In this document: positions 19,127 to 28,518 of the stretch, in pieces
Layout: every line of letters starts with the position of its first letter
Numbering within the stretch: the first letter of the stretch is position 1
DNA from: Candidatus Jordarchaeum sp. LHC_1308
GTDB taxonomy: Archaea; Asgardarchaeota; Jordiarchaeia; Jordiarchaeales; Freyrarchaeaceae
Direction of reading: 5' to 3'
Assembly (NCBI GenBank): GCA_019057675.1
Contig: JAHLWX010000003.1
Coordinates: 1-48,677, forward strand
Length of the DNA: 48,677 nt
Notes under the pieces: generated by a model
Told to the model about the DNA's origin: nothing
The model's input: only the letters and a program-made list of their open reading frames with translations
Database searches by the model: none
Translations under genes and position numbers: made by a program

Positions 19127-20791
19127 GTGAACTTTATGGCTGGCACTTTCTTGAAGCTCTTCAAACCATTGATTCGTTTTATGCCGGAGGTTAAGCCTCC
19201 TGAGAGGAGAGTTAGCTTCAGAGAGAAGTTAATATGGACTGGCGTCATTCTAGTTCTTTATATAATAATGGCGAACCTTCCACTTTATGGTGTCCCACAA
19301 GGGCAGGGATACGATTACTTGTATTTTCTCAGAGTTATCCTTGCTTCATCTAGAGGGACGCTAATGGAGCTGGGTATAGGGCCCATAGTTACTGCAGGCC
19401 TTGTTATGCAACTGCTCGCAGGCTCAAAACTGATCGATGTTGACTTCTCAAACCCGGAGGACAGGGCGCTCTTTACCGGAGCACAAAAAGCACTCGCGGT
19501 TCTGATGACGATGATGGAGGCAGGAGTGTTTATTGCTGCTAGAGCATATGGCGATTTATCAACTTACCAAGCTGCGTTGGTTTTCCTTCAGTTAACTGCT
19601 GCAGGAATAGCCCTCATATTAATGGATGAGACGCTCCAGAAAGGCTGGGGGCTTGGAAGCGGGATAAGCCTGTTCATAGCAGCTAACGTAGCTGGGCAGA
19701 TCATCTGGCTCACTCTAAACCCCAATCCAAGCCCATACGACTATCTCGGAGTAGGCGTGTTGGTGGCATTAGTTCAGGTGATAACGTTTCCCTATTGGCC
19801 TATGGCATCAATGTTTCTACAAGTTTTAGGGTCTTATCCTTCGACTCAGCGGTTTAGTGAAGAGGCAATTTCAGCCGCCACACAAGCAGCAACTTACATG
19901 TTCTACTATATGGCATTTAATCCTAATACCGCCTTATACTATGTTTTTTTTAGATCCCATGGTCAGCCAAACATTATTGGACTTCTAGGCACACTGATTA
20001 TTTTCTTGATAGTGATACTTATTCAAAGCGTGAGGGTTGAGATACCTCTCCAGTATGCGCGCTTCAGAGGTTTTAGAGGGAGGTATCCGATAAAGTTTCT
20101 TTACGTGTCAGTCATACCAGTCATTTTAGTTCAAGCTATAATTGCAAACCTACTGCTGGTTTCGCAAGTCTTATGGTCCAATGTAGGGTTCGTTTCGCTA
20201 GCGCAACTTATACCATTCTTGAAAGAAGCTTGGCCAAATATCGATTTAAACTTGTTAATGCAATTTTCCAGTATTGGATGGAACTTCAACCCGCTTGTTA
20301 ATATTATAGGACAATTTATTCCTTCCACAACAAATCTAAATCAGTTAACTCCAGCTGGAGGAATAGCGTACTATTTCTCAACGCCCTATGGGTTAGAGAA
20401 TGTCTTCAGGGATCCGGGGCGGGCATTAATTTACCTTCTCATTTTCTCTTCGCTTTGCGCCGCGCTTTCATACATATGGATAGATGTATCCGGAATGAGC
20501 GCAAGGGATGTAGCCAATCAGCTGATAATGGCGGGAATGCAGGTTCCGGGGTTTAGGAGGTCGCCCAAAATAGTGGAAAAAATCCTTGAAAGATACATTC
20601 CACCCGTTACGGTGCTTGGCGGATTTGCGGTGGGGCTACTAGCTGCGTTCGCGGATTTTCTTGGAGCTCTGGGAACTGGTACAGGAGTTTTGCTGACTGT
20701 AGGAATACTTTATAATTACTACGAGTTAATTGCAAAGGAGCAGTTGGCATCAATCAGTCCCGCATTAAGGGGATTGCTGGGATTAGAGTGA
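19127..20791 (+). CDS. secY: Preprotein translocase subunit SecY, unusually long at 554 aa
   Basis: SecY blocks are conserved: LGIGPIVTAGLVMQLL, GWGLGSGISLFIAANV, YPIKFLYVSVIPVIL, GIAYYFSTPYGL, GTGVLLTVGI. It occupies the expected slot in the cluster. Confidence 0.95.
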   Translation: MNFMAGTFLKLFKPLIRFMPEVKPPERRVSFREKLIWTGVILVLYIIMANLPLYGVPQGQGYDYLYFLRVILASSRGTLMELGIGPIVTAGLVMQLLAGSKLIDVDFSNPEDRALFTGAQKALAVLMTMMEAGVFIAARAYGDLSTYQAALVFLQLTAAGIALILMDETLQKGWGLGSGISLFIAANVAGQIIWLTLNPNPSPYDYLGVGVLVALVQVITFPYWPMASMFLQVLGSYPSTQRFSEEAISAATQAATYMFYYMAFNPNTALYYVFFRSHGQPNIIGLLGTLIIFLIVILIQSVRVEIPLQYARFRGFRGRYPIKFLYVSVIPVILVQAIIANLLLVSQVLWSNVGFVSLAQLIPFLKEAWPNIDLNLLMQFSSIGWNFNPLVNIIGQFIPSTTNLNQLTPAGGIAYYFSTPYGLENVFRDPGRALIYLLIFSSLCAALSYIWIDVSGMSARDVANQLIMAGMQVPGFRRSPKIVEKILERYIPPVTVLGGFAVGLLAAFADFLGALGTGTGVLLTVGILYNYYELIAKEQLASISPALRGLLGLE

Positions 20792-20807
20792 AAAGGAGGA
20801 GTTTTAA

Positions 20808-21422
20808 TTGGCGGAAAATGGGGTCGTTGTGGTGGTTACCGGAGTTCCCGGGGTGGGTAAGACCACAGTGATTGACGCTGCTGTTAAAGCGGCAAAAAAT
20901 GAAGGAATAAACGTCATTTTGATGAATTATGGGACAGTGATGTTTGAAATAGCGAAAGCAAAGGGGCTCGTTGAGAACAGAGATCAAATGAGGAAGCTAC
21001 CTTCAAATGTTCAGAGAGAGGTTCAGAGGCTTGCAGCGGAAAAAATTGCGGAGGCAGCAAGGGAGGGGATAGTTCTCGTCGATACGCACATGCTAATCAA
21101 TACACCTGAAGGATTACTTCCAGGCATACCAGTCTGGGTCGCAGAAAACCTCAGACCAAATGTATTTGTGCTGGTTGAAGCAGACCCAGAAGAGATAAGA
21201 AACCGGAGGAGAAGGGACGAAACAAGGGAGAGAGACGAGCAGCTTGTGGAGGAAATTCGTTTACATCAAGAAATGTGCAGGGCGGCGGCTGCTTCTTGTG
21301 CAATCCTTACGGGCGCCACTATAGCGGTGATACCCAACCATGACGGAAAAGCGCATGAAGCAGCCGAAACGGTCTTTAAGCTATTTAGAGCGATAGCGGC
21401 AAAGTTTGGAGAGGTGTCCTAG
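20808..21422 (+). CDS. adkA: Adenylate kinase, archaeal AdkA type
   Basis: P-loop VVVVTGVPGVGKTTV. It occupies the conserved slot after secY. TTG start. Confidence 0.9.
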   Translation: MAENGVVVVVTGVPGVGKTTVIDAAVKAAKNEGINVILMNYGTVMFEIAKAKGLVENRDQMRKLPSNVQREVQRLAAEKIAEAAREGIVLVDTHMLINTPEGLLPGIPVWVAENLRPNVFVLVEADPEEIRNRRRRDETRERDEQLVEEIRLHQEMCRAAAASCAILTGATIAVIPNHDGKAHEAAETVFKLFRAIAAKFGEVS

Positions 21423-22142
21423 TTGTGGAATCCCGCTTTTCCGCCAGGTTCAACAATAATAGTGCTTGGAGTGGCGATTTTAGTCACGCTAACTTCGAGC
21501 ATAGTCAACCGTTTGCTTTTACCTGTAGCTAAAATAAGACGATATTCTCAGGAAATAAGGAAATGGAGAGAGGCAATGCAGAGGGCTCGTGAAACAGGAG
21601 ATGAAAAGCTCATGTTGAAGGTTAAAAGGAGGCAAAGGCTCATTGAGAGGATGCAGAGAGAACAAGCAAGCCTTCAGTTCAGACCTATGCTCGTCTACCT
21701 TATACCGTTTTTAGTCTTATTCTATTATCTGAACAGCTTTTACGGTTTCCCGTTTGGCCCAGTAGTCTCACCAACTATCGTAGCCATACTACCTATCTCA
21801 ACTACGGATATCCCAGGCTTTCCTTCAGGGACATTTGGAGGGTACGTCAGCCCCTTGCTCACCGACGTTGCAATGACCTATCCAGTATTATCCGCCTTAT
21901 GGCCTAGGATATATCTCATGCAAGTGATTCCAGGACTTTCAGAGCTCCAAGTGTTTCTGAACATTATTAATTTGGCGTCGGGTTTAAGCTTGATGTTGCC
22001 GATCACCCCCGTCATCGATGGCTGGGCACCAATACCAGGATTTGGTTTATGGTTTATCTGGTGGTATTTCATGTCAAGCATCGCTTTTGGAGGTCTTTTC
22101 CAGCGCCTCTTTGGGGTATATATTTCAGCAAATGTGAGGTGA
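21423..22142 (+). CDS. DUF106/EMC3-like membrane protein (archaeal YidC/Oxa1-like insertase homologue)
   Basis: Architecture is TM, then a basic coiled coil (RKWREAMQRARETGDEKLMLKVKRRQRLIERMQREQ), then further TMs. It occupies the conserved slot after adk. Confidence 0.7.
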   Translation: MWNPAFPPGSTIIVLGVAILVTLTSSIVNRLLLPVAKIRRYSQEIRKWREAMQRARETGDEKLMLKVKRRQRLIERMQREQASLQFRPMLVYLIPFLVLFYYLNSFYGFPFGPVVSPTIVAILPISTTDIPGFPSGTFGGYVSPLLTDVAMTYPVLSALWPRIYLMQVIPGLSELQVFLNIINLASGLSLMLPITPVIDGWAPIPGFGLWFIWWYFMSSIAFGGLFQRLFGVYISANVR

Positions 22143-22146
22143 GAAC

Positions 22147-22416
22147 ATGCCTGAACCAAAGTTAAGGTCTAGGAGTTTTAAAAGAAAAAAAGTTAGAACT
22201 CCCGGAGGACGAACAGTAACTCATTACTTGAGAAGCACCTCAAGAAAGTATAAGTGTGCATTGTGTGGTAGTGTGCTTCACGGATGCCCCACGGATAAGT
22301 ATGAAGAAAAAGAGGCGAAAACTAAGAAGAGGCCTGAAAGGCCCTATGGAGGCTACCTATGTCATCGTTGCTTCAGAAAGGCTCTGAAGAATAAAATAAT
22401 GCAGGAGGCTGTCTAG
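22147..22416 (+). CDS. rpl34e: 50S ribosomal protein eL34
   Basis: The sequence RSRSFKRKKVRTPGGRTVTHY...CALCG...CHRC is typical of the family. Confidence 0.9.
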   Translation: MPEPKLRSRSFKRKKVRTPGGRTVTHYLRSTSRKYKCALCGSVLHGCPTDKYEEKEAKTKKRPERPYGGYLCHRCFRKALKNKIMQEAV

Positions 22417-22421
22417 AGGCT

Positions 22422-22970
22422 TTGGTAGTAATTACAATTAGTGGTCTTCATGGAACGGGGAAAACCACACAAGCCAAGTTTCTAGCCAAGCGTTTCGGGC
22501 TGAGATATGTTTCAGCGGGAGAGATAATGAGAAAAATGGCCGAAGAAAGAGGAGTAAGCCTCGAGGAGTTTTCAAGGATGGCTGAAGGAGACTCTGCGAT
22601 CGATAAACAGATTGATGAGAGGATGATTTCAGAGGCTGAGAAGGGAAACGTGGTTTTGGATGGACGATTGACTGCTTGGATGGCGGGGGAAAGAGCGGAT
22701 ATTAGGATTCTATTGACGGCGCCACTAAACATTAGAGTTAAAAGGATAGCTGAAAGAGAGAGCAAGAGTATTGAAGAAGCTTTAAAAGATACGGTGACAA
22801 GAGAAGAAAGTGAGAAGAAGAGGTTCATGGATATCTATGGTATAGACGTAGACGACTGCAGTATGTTCGACGTTGTAGTAAACACTAGTTTGTGGGACGA
22901 GAAAACCGTGGGAAAAGTACTTGAACTTCTAGTTGAAGCATATTTAGCCTCGTCCTCTGAAGAGAAATGA
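22422..22970 (+). CDS. cmk: Cytidylate kinase, archaeal type
   Basis: P-loop ISGLHGTGKTT and the DGRL motif. It occupies the expected slot in the cluster. TTG start. Confidence 0.85.
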   Translation: MVVITISGLHGTGKTTQAKFLAKRFGLRYVSAGEIMRKMAEERGVSLEEFSRMAEGDSAIDKQIDERMISEAEKGNVVLDGRLTAWMAGERADIRILLTAPLNIRVKRIAERESKSIEEALKDTVTREESEKKRFMDIYGIDVDDCSMFDVVVNTSLWDEKTVGKVLELLVEAYLASSSEEK

Positions 22971-23022
22971 AGCTTCCGAGGTAACTCGGATGATGGATCG
23001 AAGAGAGATGGAGGTGAAGTGA

Positions 23023-23295
23023 GTGGCGTTAAAGCCTGGGAGCATATGCGTTAAAACAGCTGGAAGAGAAGCAGGAAAAAAGTGTGTTGTAGTTGATGTG
23101 CTGGACAAAAACTTCGTCTTAATAACTGGTCCGCCCAGCTTGAGCGGTGTTAAGAGAAGAAAGGCGAACGTTAAACACTTGGAAGCAACGGGAGAATACA
23201 TCGATATTCCGAGGGGAGCAGATGACGAACTTGTCTTAAAGAAGCTGGAAGAGGCGGGATTAGCCGAAAAACTGAGGGAGAAGGTTAGAATTTAG
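23023..23295 (+). CDS. rpl14e: 50S ribosomal protein eL14
   Basis: KOW-like sequence PGSICVKTAGREAGKKCVVVDVLDKNFVLITG. Confidence 0.85.
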   Translation: MALKPGSICVKTAGREAGKKCVVVDVLDKNFVLITGPPSLSGVKRRKANVKHLEATGEYIDIPRGADDELVLKKLEEAGLAEKLREKVRI

Positions 23296-23345
23296 TCTTC
23301 CTCTTTTAAACTTTATTTTTTACATTTTTGATGTCAAAATTATAA

Positions 23346-24408
23346 ATGGTGATTTATGTGCCTAAAAGTATTCCGCCGGAAGGCATGAAAAGAAAGGTGA
23401 TCATTAAAAGTGAGGATGAAACTAGTGAAGAGTACGGTAAACACCCTAGCGAGAGGAGCGTAAAAGAACTTTTAGAGGGATGCTTCGTGAACATAGATAA
23501 GCCAGCAGGCCCAACTAGCCATGAGGTCTCATCTTGGGTAAGGAGGATTTTGGGCTGCTCGAAGACAGGACATGCCGGGACACTAGAACCCCTTCAGTCC
23601 CTTGGAGGGGTGGTGAAACCCTAAGGTTACTGGAGTCCTGCCGGTGGCGATAGGTTCTGCCACAAAGATCATACAGGCCCTCCATCTTATAGGAAAAGAA
23701 TATGTTTGCGTTATGAGGATGCATGGGGACGTCGAAGCTGAAAGAATTCAAAGGGTTTGTAAGGAATTTACTGGGCTGATTTATCAGAGACCACCAATAC
23801 GCTCTTCGGTGAAACGCAGACTTAGAATAAGACGAATATATTACCTTGACGTGCTCGAAGTGGAAGGGAGAAATGTCTTGCTAAAAGTAGGATGCGAGTC
23901 TGGAACTTACATAAGGAAGATCTGCCACGATATAGGGGAAGTGTTAGGCTGCGGAGCTCATATGCGCGAGCTTAGGAGGACTCGAAGTGGACCCTTCACC
24001 GAGGAGAACATGGTAACATTGCATGATTTAAAAGACGCATATGTTTTTTGGAAAGAAGAAAGTGATGAGAAGTACCTTAAAAAAGTATTATTACCAGCAG
24101 AAGAAGGAGTCCGTCACTTGCCCAAGTTTTTCGTGAGAGACTCGGCTGTCGACGCTATATGTCATGGAGCGGACCTGGCGATTCCCGGAATTGTCAAGTT
24201 TGAAGATGGAGTGGAGAAAGGCGACATGGTTGCAATTTTGACTCTAAAGGGGGAACTTGTGGCTCTTGGTGTTGCCATGATGACCGCGGAGGAAGTCATA
24301 AAAGAAAAGCGTGGAATAGCTGTTAAAACAGCAAGGGTAATAATGGACAAGGGGACATACCCAAAACTCTGGAAAAGCAAGAAGAGCAACTATTCAATCG
24401 AGCAATGA
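23346..24408 (+). CDS. cbf5: tRNA/rRNA pseudouridine synthase Cbf5 (H/ACA RNP catalytic subunit), split by a 31-nt intron: join(23346..23586,23618..24408)
   Basis: Track ORFs 23346..23624 and 23644..24408 are the two halves of Cbf5, in different frames. Removing 23587..23617 gives ...[24 protein letters not shown]..., the TruB/Cbf5 catalytic-Asp motif. The product is 343 aa. The C-terminal PUA domain is present. Confidence 0.9.
23587..23617 (+). other. BHB-type intron in cbf5 (31 nt)
   Basis: Structure: CACU[AGA]ACCCCUUCA-gucccu-UGGAGGGGU GGUG[AAA]CCC. The central 4-bp helix pairs 23581-84 with 23612-15 (3 Watson-Crick pairs and 1 G.U). Two 3-nt bulges flank it. The inner helix is 9 bp (23588-96 with 23603-11). 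Cleavage after nt 2 of each bulge gives CUA G|AC CCU. Confidence 0.8.
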
Positions 24409-24485
24409 GTATCGTAAATGCCCGAAAAATATAAAATACTACTGAGCTTTCTCATTCCTAAAAGTGGCAGGAGGGTTAACAGAGG

Positions 24486-24791
24486 TTGAAGTATCCTAAA
24501 GTTAGGCGAACCTACTGCCCACGATGTAAAGCACACACGGAGCACACGGTTAGTGTCTATAAAAAAGGTAAAGATAGGACGCTGGCTGCAGGGGCTAGGC
24601 GTTATGCGAGGAAAAAGCGGGGTTATGGAAGTCAACCTAAGCTCCTCTACATTTTGTAGAGGAGGGGCAAGCCCGTTCAGAGAGAAATTGCGAAGACCAC
24701 CAAGAAAGTTAGCTTTAAGCTTAAGTGTAAGGAGTGCGGCCACATAATTCACACTAGGGGTATCCGCCTCAAAAAAGCTGAAGCAGTTTAG
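24486..24791 (+). CDS. rpl44e: 50S ribosomal protein eL42 (L44e), split by a 30-nt intron: join(24486..24640,24671..24791)
   Basis: Not in the ORF track as a single ORF. My hand translation is [52 protein letters not shown]|[39 protein letters not shown]. Both CxxC pairs are present. TTG start with a GGAGGG SD-like element upstream. The unspliced frame hits TAG at 24657-24659. Confidence 0.85.
24641..24670 (+). other. BHB-type intron in rpl44e (30 nt, in frame, carries a TAG stop)
   Basis: Structure: ACCU[AAG]CUCCUCUAC-auuuu-GUAGAGGAG GGGC[AAG]CCC. The inner helix is a perfect 9 bp (24642-50 with 24656-64). The central helix pairs 24635-38 with 24665-68 (2 G-C, 1 G.U, 1 A/C mismatch). The outer helix is weak. 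Confidence 0.7.
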
Positions 24792-25010
24792 ATGGAGGGA
24801 TTTAATTTGCGGAAAGAGCGCGAGATTATTCCTCAGCCAAGAAGCCGCTTTTTAAAGGTTCAGTGTCCCGATTGCGGTGCGGAAAACATAGTTTTCGATA
24901 AGGCAAGCACTGTCGTTAAATGCTACCTTTGCGGAACAGTGTTAGCTGAGCCAAGAGGAGGAAAATCTACCCTCCAAGTAAAAAAGGAGAGCATTCAAGT
25001 TTTAAGTTAA
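24792..25010 (+). CDS. rps27e: 30S ribosomal protein eS27
   Basis: The zinc-ribbon sequence FLKVQCPDCGAENIVFDKASTVVKCYLCG is typical of the family. It occupies the conserved slot after rpl44e. Confidence 0.9.
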   Translation: MEGFNLRKEREIIPQPRSRFLKVQCPDCGAENIVFDKASTVVKCYLCGTVLAEPRGGKSTLQVKKESIQVLS

Positions 25011-25029
25011 AAAAAGGAGAGGCTGTAAT

Positions 25030-25824
25030 TTGGTTAAAAGAGGAAAAGAGTTCCCAGCTGAGGGAGACCTCGTGATAGCTACCGTAACAAAGATAGCAAA
25101 CCATGGAGCTTACGTTACACTAGATGAATATAAAGGAAAAGAGGGATTAGTTCATATTTCCGAGGTTTCCCAAAGCTGGGTTAGAAACATAAGAAACTTT
25201 CTTAAAGAAGGTCAAAAAATCGTGGCGAAAGTTTTGAGAACGGATCCACGTAAAGGGTTCATAGATCTTTCCATCCGAAGGGTAACTGAGCAACAAAAGA
25301 AGGAGAAAATACAGGAGTGGAAGCGGGCGCAGAAAGCAGAAAACTTACTTGAGCTTGCTGCTAAAAAGCTAGACAAAAATCTTGACGAAGCTTACGAAAA
25401 AGTAGGATGGCCCCTAGAAGACAAATATGGAGAGATATATGCAGGGCTTGAGGAAGCCGCTGAAAAAGGTGAAAAACCACTCCTTGAAGCCGGCATCAGT
25501 GAGGAATGGAGTAAAGTGGTGGCAGAGCTTGCTAAATTGTATGTTGAAATACCAAAGGTCAGAATAAAAGGTGTCCTTGAGTTGACTTGTCTAAAGCGCA
25601 ACGGGGTGGAAGTCATCAAGAAGGCGCTGATAGCTACAAGAAACGCTGCGAAAAACGGAGATGTAAATATTGAGATATATACTATGGGAGCGCCACGCTA
25701 CAAAATAGAAGTAATGGCGAAGGAATATAAGCAAGCTGAAAACGTAATGAAAGAAGCAGTTAACACGGCGCTAACTGTAATCAAGGAGGAGGGAGGGAGC
25801 GGAACATTCACACGTGAAAAATAG
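25030..25824 (+). CDS. eif2a: Translation initiation factor aIF2 alpha subunit
   Basis: S1 domain (PAEGDLVIATVTKIANHGAYVTLDEYKGKEGLVHISEVS...) followed by the helical and alpha-beta domains. TTG start. Confidence 0.9.
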   Translation: MVKRGKEFPAEGDLVIATVTKIANHGAYVTLDEYKGKEGLVHISEVSQSWVRNIRNFLKEGQKIVAKVLRTDPRKGFIDLSIRRVTEQQKKEKIQEWKRAQKAENLLELAAKKLDKNLDEAYEKVGWPLEDKYGEIYAGLEEAAEKGEKPLLEAGISEEWSKVVAELAKLYVEIPKVRIKGVLELTCLKRNGVEVIKKALIATRNAAKNGDVNIEIYTMGAPRYKIEVMAKEYKQAENVMKEAVNTALTVIKEEGGSGTFTREK

Positions 25825-25826
25825 TG

Positions 25827-26000
25827 TTACTCTTTCTGCGCAAGCTCTCTCTTTAACCTCCGTCTTAAATCTCCAAAACGATCTTCTATTGAAAACTTTG
25901 GAGGATGCGGAACTTTTATCTCGCCTCCACAATAAGGACATGAATCCTGTTTTAACGTGTAGCTTCCACAAGAAACACATTTTCTAAGCAAGAAACCCAT
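25827..26000 (-). CDS. nop10: H/ACA RNP protein Nop10
   Basis: Not in the ORF track (57 aa). My hand translation is MGFLLRKCVSCGSYTLKQDSCPYCGGEIKVPHPPKFSIEDRFGDLRRRLKRELAQKE. It shows the zinc ribbon plus the PHPPKFS motif typical of Nop10. Confidence 0.85.
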   Translation of the reverse strand: MGFLLRKCVSCGSYTLKQDSCPYCGGEIKVPHPPKFSIEDRFGDLRRRLKRELAQKE

Positions 26001-26031
26001 TTTAACATCCCCTTTTTAAAGATACTTCCTT

Positions 26032-28518
26032 TTATGGAGATGCACTCACTTCAATATTGATTTCCCTTGTGAAATCAGGTATAGATGTCACTATTTTTAG
26101 AGGGACGATTTCTCCACTTTTGAAGCTCTGACCGCTGGTGAAGAAAATGCTAGCAGTCTCTCCGGGCCTAACGGAGATAGTAGAAATATTGCATAATGTG
26201 CCGTTAACGTAGATGGCTGTTACGTTGAAGGAAGTTAATCCAGTATTACGAATTTCCACGGTTCCGCTTCCATTGGTATAAACGCTTGCATTTGTAATTT
26301 CCATAGTTGCATTTAGTATCGAGTAATCAATCTCATAGATCTTTACCAAGTGGTTGCTGGATATGAATACTGGTTTAAAGTGCTTCAGGACACTAAAACC
26401 GTACTTCCACCCCGGGTACCATCCGGGTGGGTTTTCCACCTCATCATAAGAGACCACAAGTGGGCATTTATTTTGATCCATATAAGTATGGAGAGCATAG
26501 TCTAATATTTTTTTAGTATAGTAGGGGTATACGTCCGGCGATGGGTCATGGTAGTAGAGAAGTTTGTAGAGAGTCATATTGAAGAATTTAGGCGTGTAAA
26601 TAGTACCTGTCAGTGTTGGAATGTAGTACTCGTATTCCCAAGGCGTGTGGAAGACGTCAAAGGATATCCTAGCCATCCATATCCATTTTCCTTCGTCCCC
26701 GTGAAGGTTAGCATCATTATGTCCGAAGTATACTAGGACATGCGTAGCGTTAAAGCTGCGGAGTATCTTTAAGCTTTCTGTCTCATTCGTGGCGGTTAGT
26801 GCTTGGCCGACAAGGGCTATCTGCGTGGTGTTAAGTGTAGCATTGTCGACTATGGTTGTTTTGTTTCCTCTAACCATGATCCAATACCCGTAATCCCACC
26901 AAGAAACCACTATAGCGTCGGCAGGTAATTTGTTCTGCATGAAAATAAACGCTTCTTCCCAGTCAAAGTAGAAGTTTCCGTATCGATCCCTAGGGACAAA
27001 TTGTGGAGTACCAGAGTAAACAGCTACAGTCATGCCATGAGAGAACGAAAAAAATAACATGAGTCCTGTTATGACTAGGACTGCAACGGCGGATTCTCTT
27101 CCCAAGATACGCTTTACAATGACTCGTCTTCTCTTAACAGTTATCCTTCTTTCTCCCAACACTAGTTTTGAAAGCGGATCATATATTGAGGAAAGAGCAA
27201 ATCCAGAGAGTAAACATGCTACGGGAGTAAACATGGCTATAAGACGAACCATGGATGCAGCCATATAAACAGTAGTTGCGCCTAGAATTATGAGAAGAAG
27301 ATCTTCATCTCGCCTTCTCTGGAAGGCAAAATACATTCCTGCGGGGAACAGCACGAGTGCTATGTGCAAGTCATAGAAGAACATGCTCCATGATGTTGTA
27401 GCATGCTCAGCGACACTAGACACTATAACCTCTTCTTTCCTATAGAACGGGTTAATAACCGAGAAGTACCGTCCACTAATTTGAGTGATTGAATTGATGC
27501 TGTGCGATAAAGCTAACAAGAAGAACGGGTTCGTATAGGATGCAACTGTCACTACTGCTAGGATCACGATTGTTAGGATAGAGATGGCCACAGCAGTGTT
27601 GCGCCTGTTCTTAATTAGAGCGTGAAGTTTAGGTGCCTTGACAGCAATTGTTTCGTAAAAGGAGACTAAAGTAGGTTTAATGCGGGGATATGCTTCCCAC
27701 ACTATCAGGGCAACTAAGACAAGCATTGCAAGCATACTATTGCTTGAAACCAAGTAATTACTACCGTGGAATGGAACCCTTGTTCCTATGAAAACTCCAA
27801 TTAAAATCGTAATGCTGTAAGTCATCAATAAGTTTGTTGAATATCTTTTCATTAAAATCAAGAGTATGACAGTAAGTGGGTAAACGTATAGCAAATAAAT
27901 GGAGGCACCCCAGCTTGCTATAAAACCACCGAGGGCTAAGCCAGCAATAAAGGCTGAGGGAATGGATCCTTTCTTCATAGATCTTATAAAGAAAAGGAGG
28001 GAAAGCACAAAGAAAAATAAGCCAACGCATTCGTTGTCGACTAAACCTGCGATCATCCGTTCTATGGCTCCCGGCAGGAAGGAGAACAGGAAAGAAGCAA
28101 TTAGCCCAGCTTTATTGTCTAACACTTCGCGTCCAAGGAAGAAGACGATGATGCATGATGCTGCCCCCATTACGGCGGGAAGAAAGTAGCATACCATGTG
28201 AATGTTGACGTCAAACCCAATAGTTCTCAGCAGGAAGAAGAGAGCAGCAGCCGTGAATGGTACGCCGGGAAGGAAATTTTTGGACATATCTAAGCCGTAG
28301 GGATACCACATCATCGGGTTGTACCATCCGAACCATGCGGAGTAGCCATAAATAGTTATGAAGGCGGCGTTGTAGAACTGTATAGTTGAATCGTAATCGG
28401 AGATGTATGGAGGGTAAATGAAAAAGGGGTAGAGCCTTAGCAGAAAGGCTAGGAGCGTAATTAGTGAAACGCTTAAGGCAAGAAAAAGGACGCGTCTATC
28501 TATTTTAACTTTAATCAA
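26032..28518 (-). CDS. aglB: Archaeal oligosaccharyltransferase AglB (STT3 family)
   Basis: 828 aa. It has a polytopic N-terminal domain, the WWDYGYW catalytic motif and a soluble C-terminal domain. Confidence 0.9.
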   Translation of the reverse strand: MIKVKIDRRVLFLALSVSLITLLAFLLRLYPFFIYPPYISDYDSTIQFYNAAFITIYGYSAWFGWYNPMMWYPYGLDMSKNFLPGVPFTAAALFFLLRTIGFDVNIHMVCYFLPAVMGAASCIIVFFLGREVLDNKAGLIASFLFSFLPGAIERMIAGLVDNECVGLFFFVLSLLFFIRSMKKGSIPSAFIAGLALGGFIASWGASIYLLYVYPLTVILLILMKRYSTNLLMTYSITILIGVFIGTRVPFHGSNYLVSSNSMLAMLVLVALIVWEAYPRIKPTLVSFYETIAVKAPKLHALIKNRRNTAVAISILTIVILAVVTVASYTNPFFLLALSHSINSITQISGRYFSVINPFYRKEEVIVSSVAEHATTSWSMFFYDLHIALVLFPAGMYFAFQRRRDEDLLLIILGATTVYMAASMVRLIAMFTPVACLLSGFALSSIYDPLSKLVLGERRITVKRRRVIVKRILGRESAVAVLVITGLMLFFSFSHGMTVAVYSGTPQFVPRDRYGNFYFDWEEAFIFMQNKLPADAIVVSWWDYGYWIMVRGNKTTIVDNATLNTTQIALVGQALTATNETESLKILRSFNATHVLVYFGHNDANLHGDEGKWIWMARISFDVFHTPWEYEYYIPTLTGTIYTPKFFNMTLYKLLYYHDPSPDVYPYYTKKILDYALHTYMDQNKCPLVVSYDEVENPPGWYPGWKYGFSVLKHFKPVFISSNHLVKIYEIDYSILNATMEITNASVYTNGSGTVEIRNTGLTSFNVTAIYVNGTLCNISTISVRPGETASIFFTSGQSFKSGEIVPLKIVTSIPDFTREINIEVSASP

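Noticed and set aside
24657-24659. Reading the in-frame TAG in rpl44e as pyrrolysine or as stop-codon readthrough
   Set aside because: The TAG lies in the 3' arm of a perfect 9-bp hairpin that is flanked by BHB-like bulges. Readthrough would insert 10 residues into a compact zinc-ribbon r-protein. I have kept it as the formal alternative in the finding.
24390-24752. Track ORFs 24390..24752 (minus strand, 120 aa) and 24553..24747 (plus strand, 64 aa)
   Set aside because: Both overlap the hand-annotated rpl44e gene in other frames and resemble no known family. I treat them as shadow ORFs.
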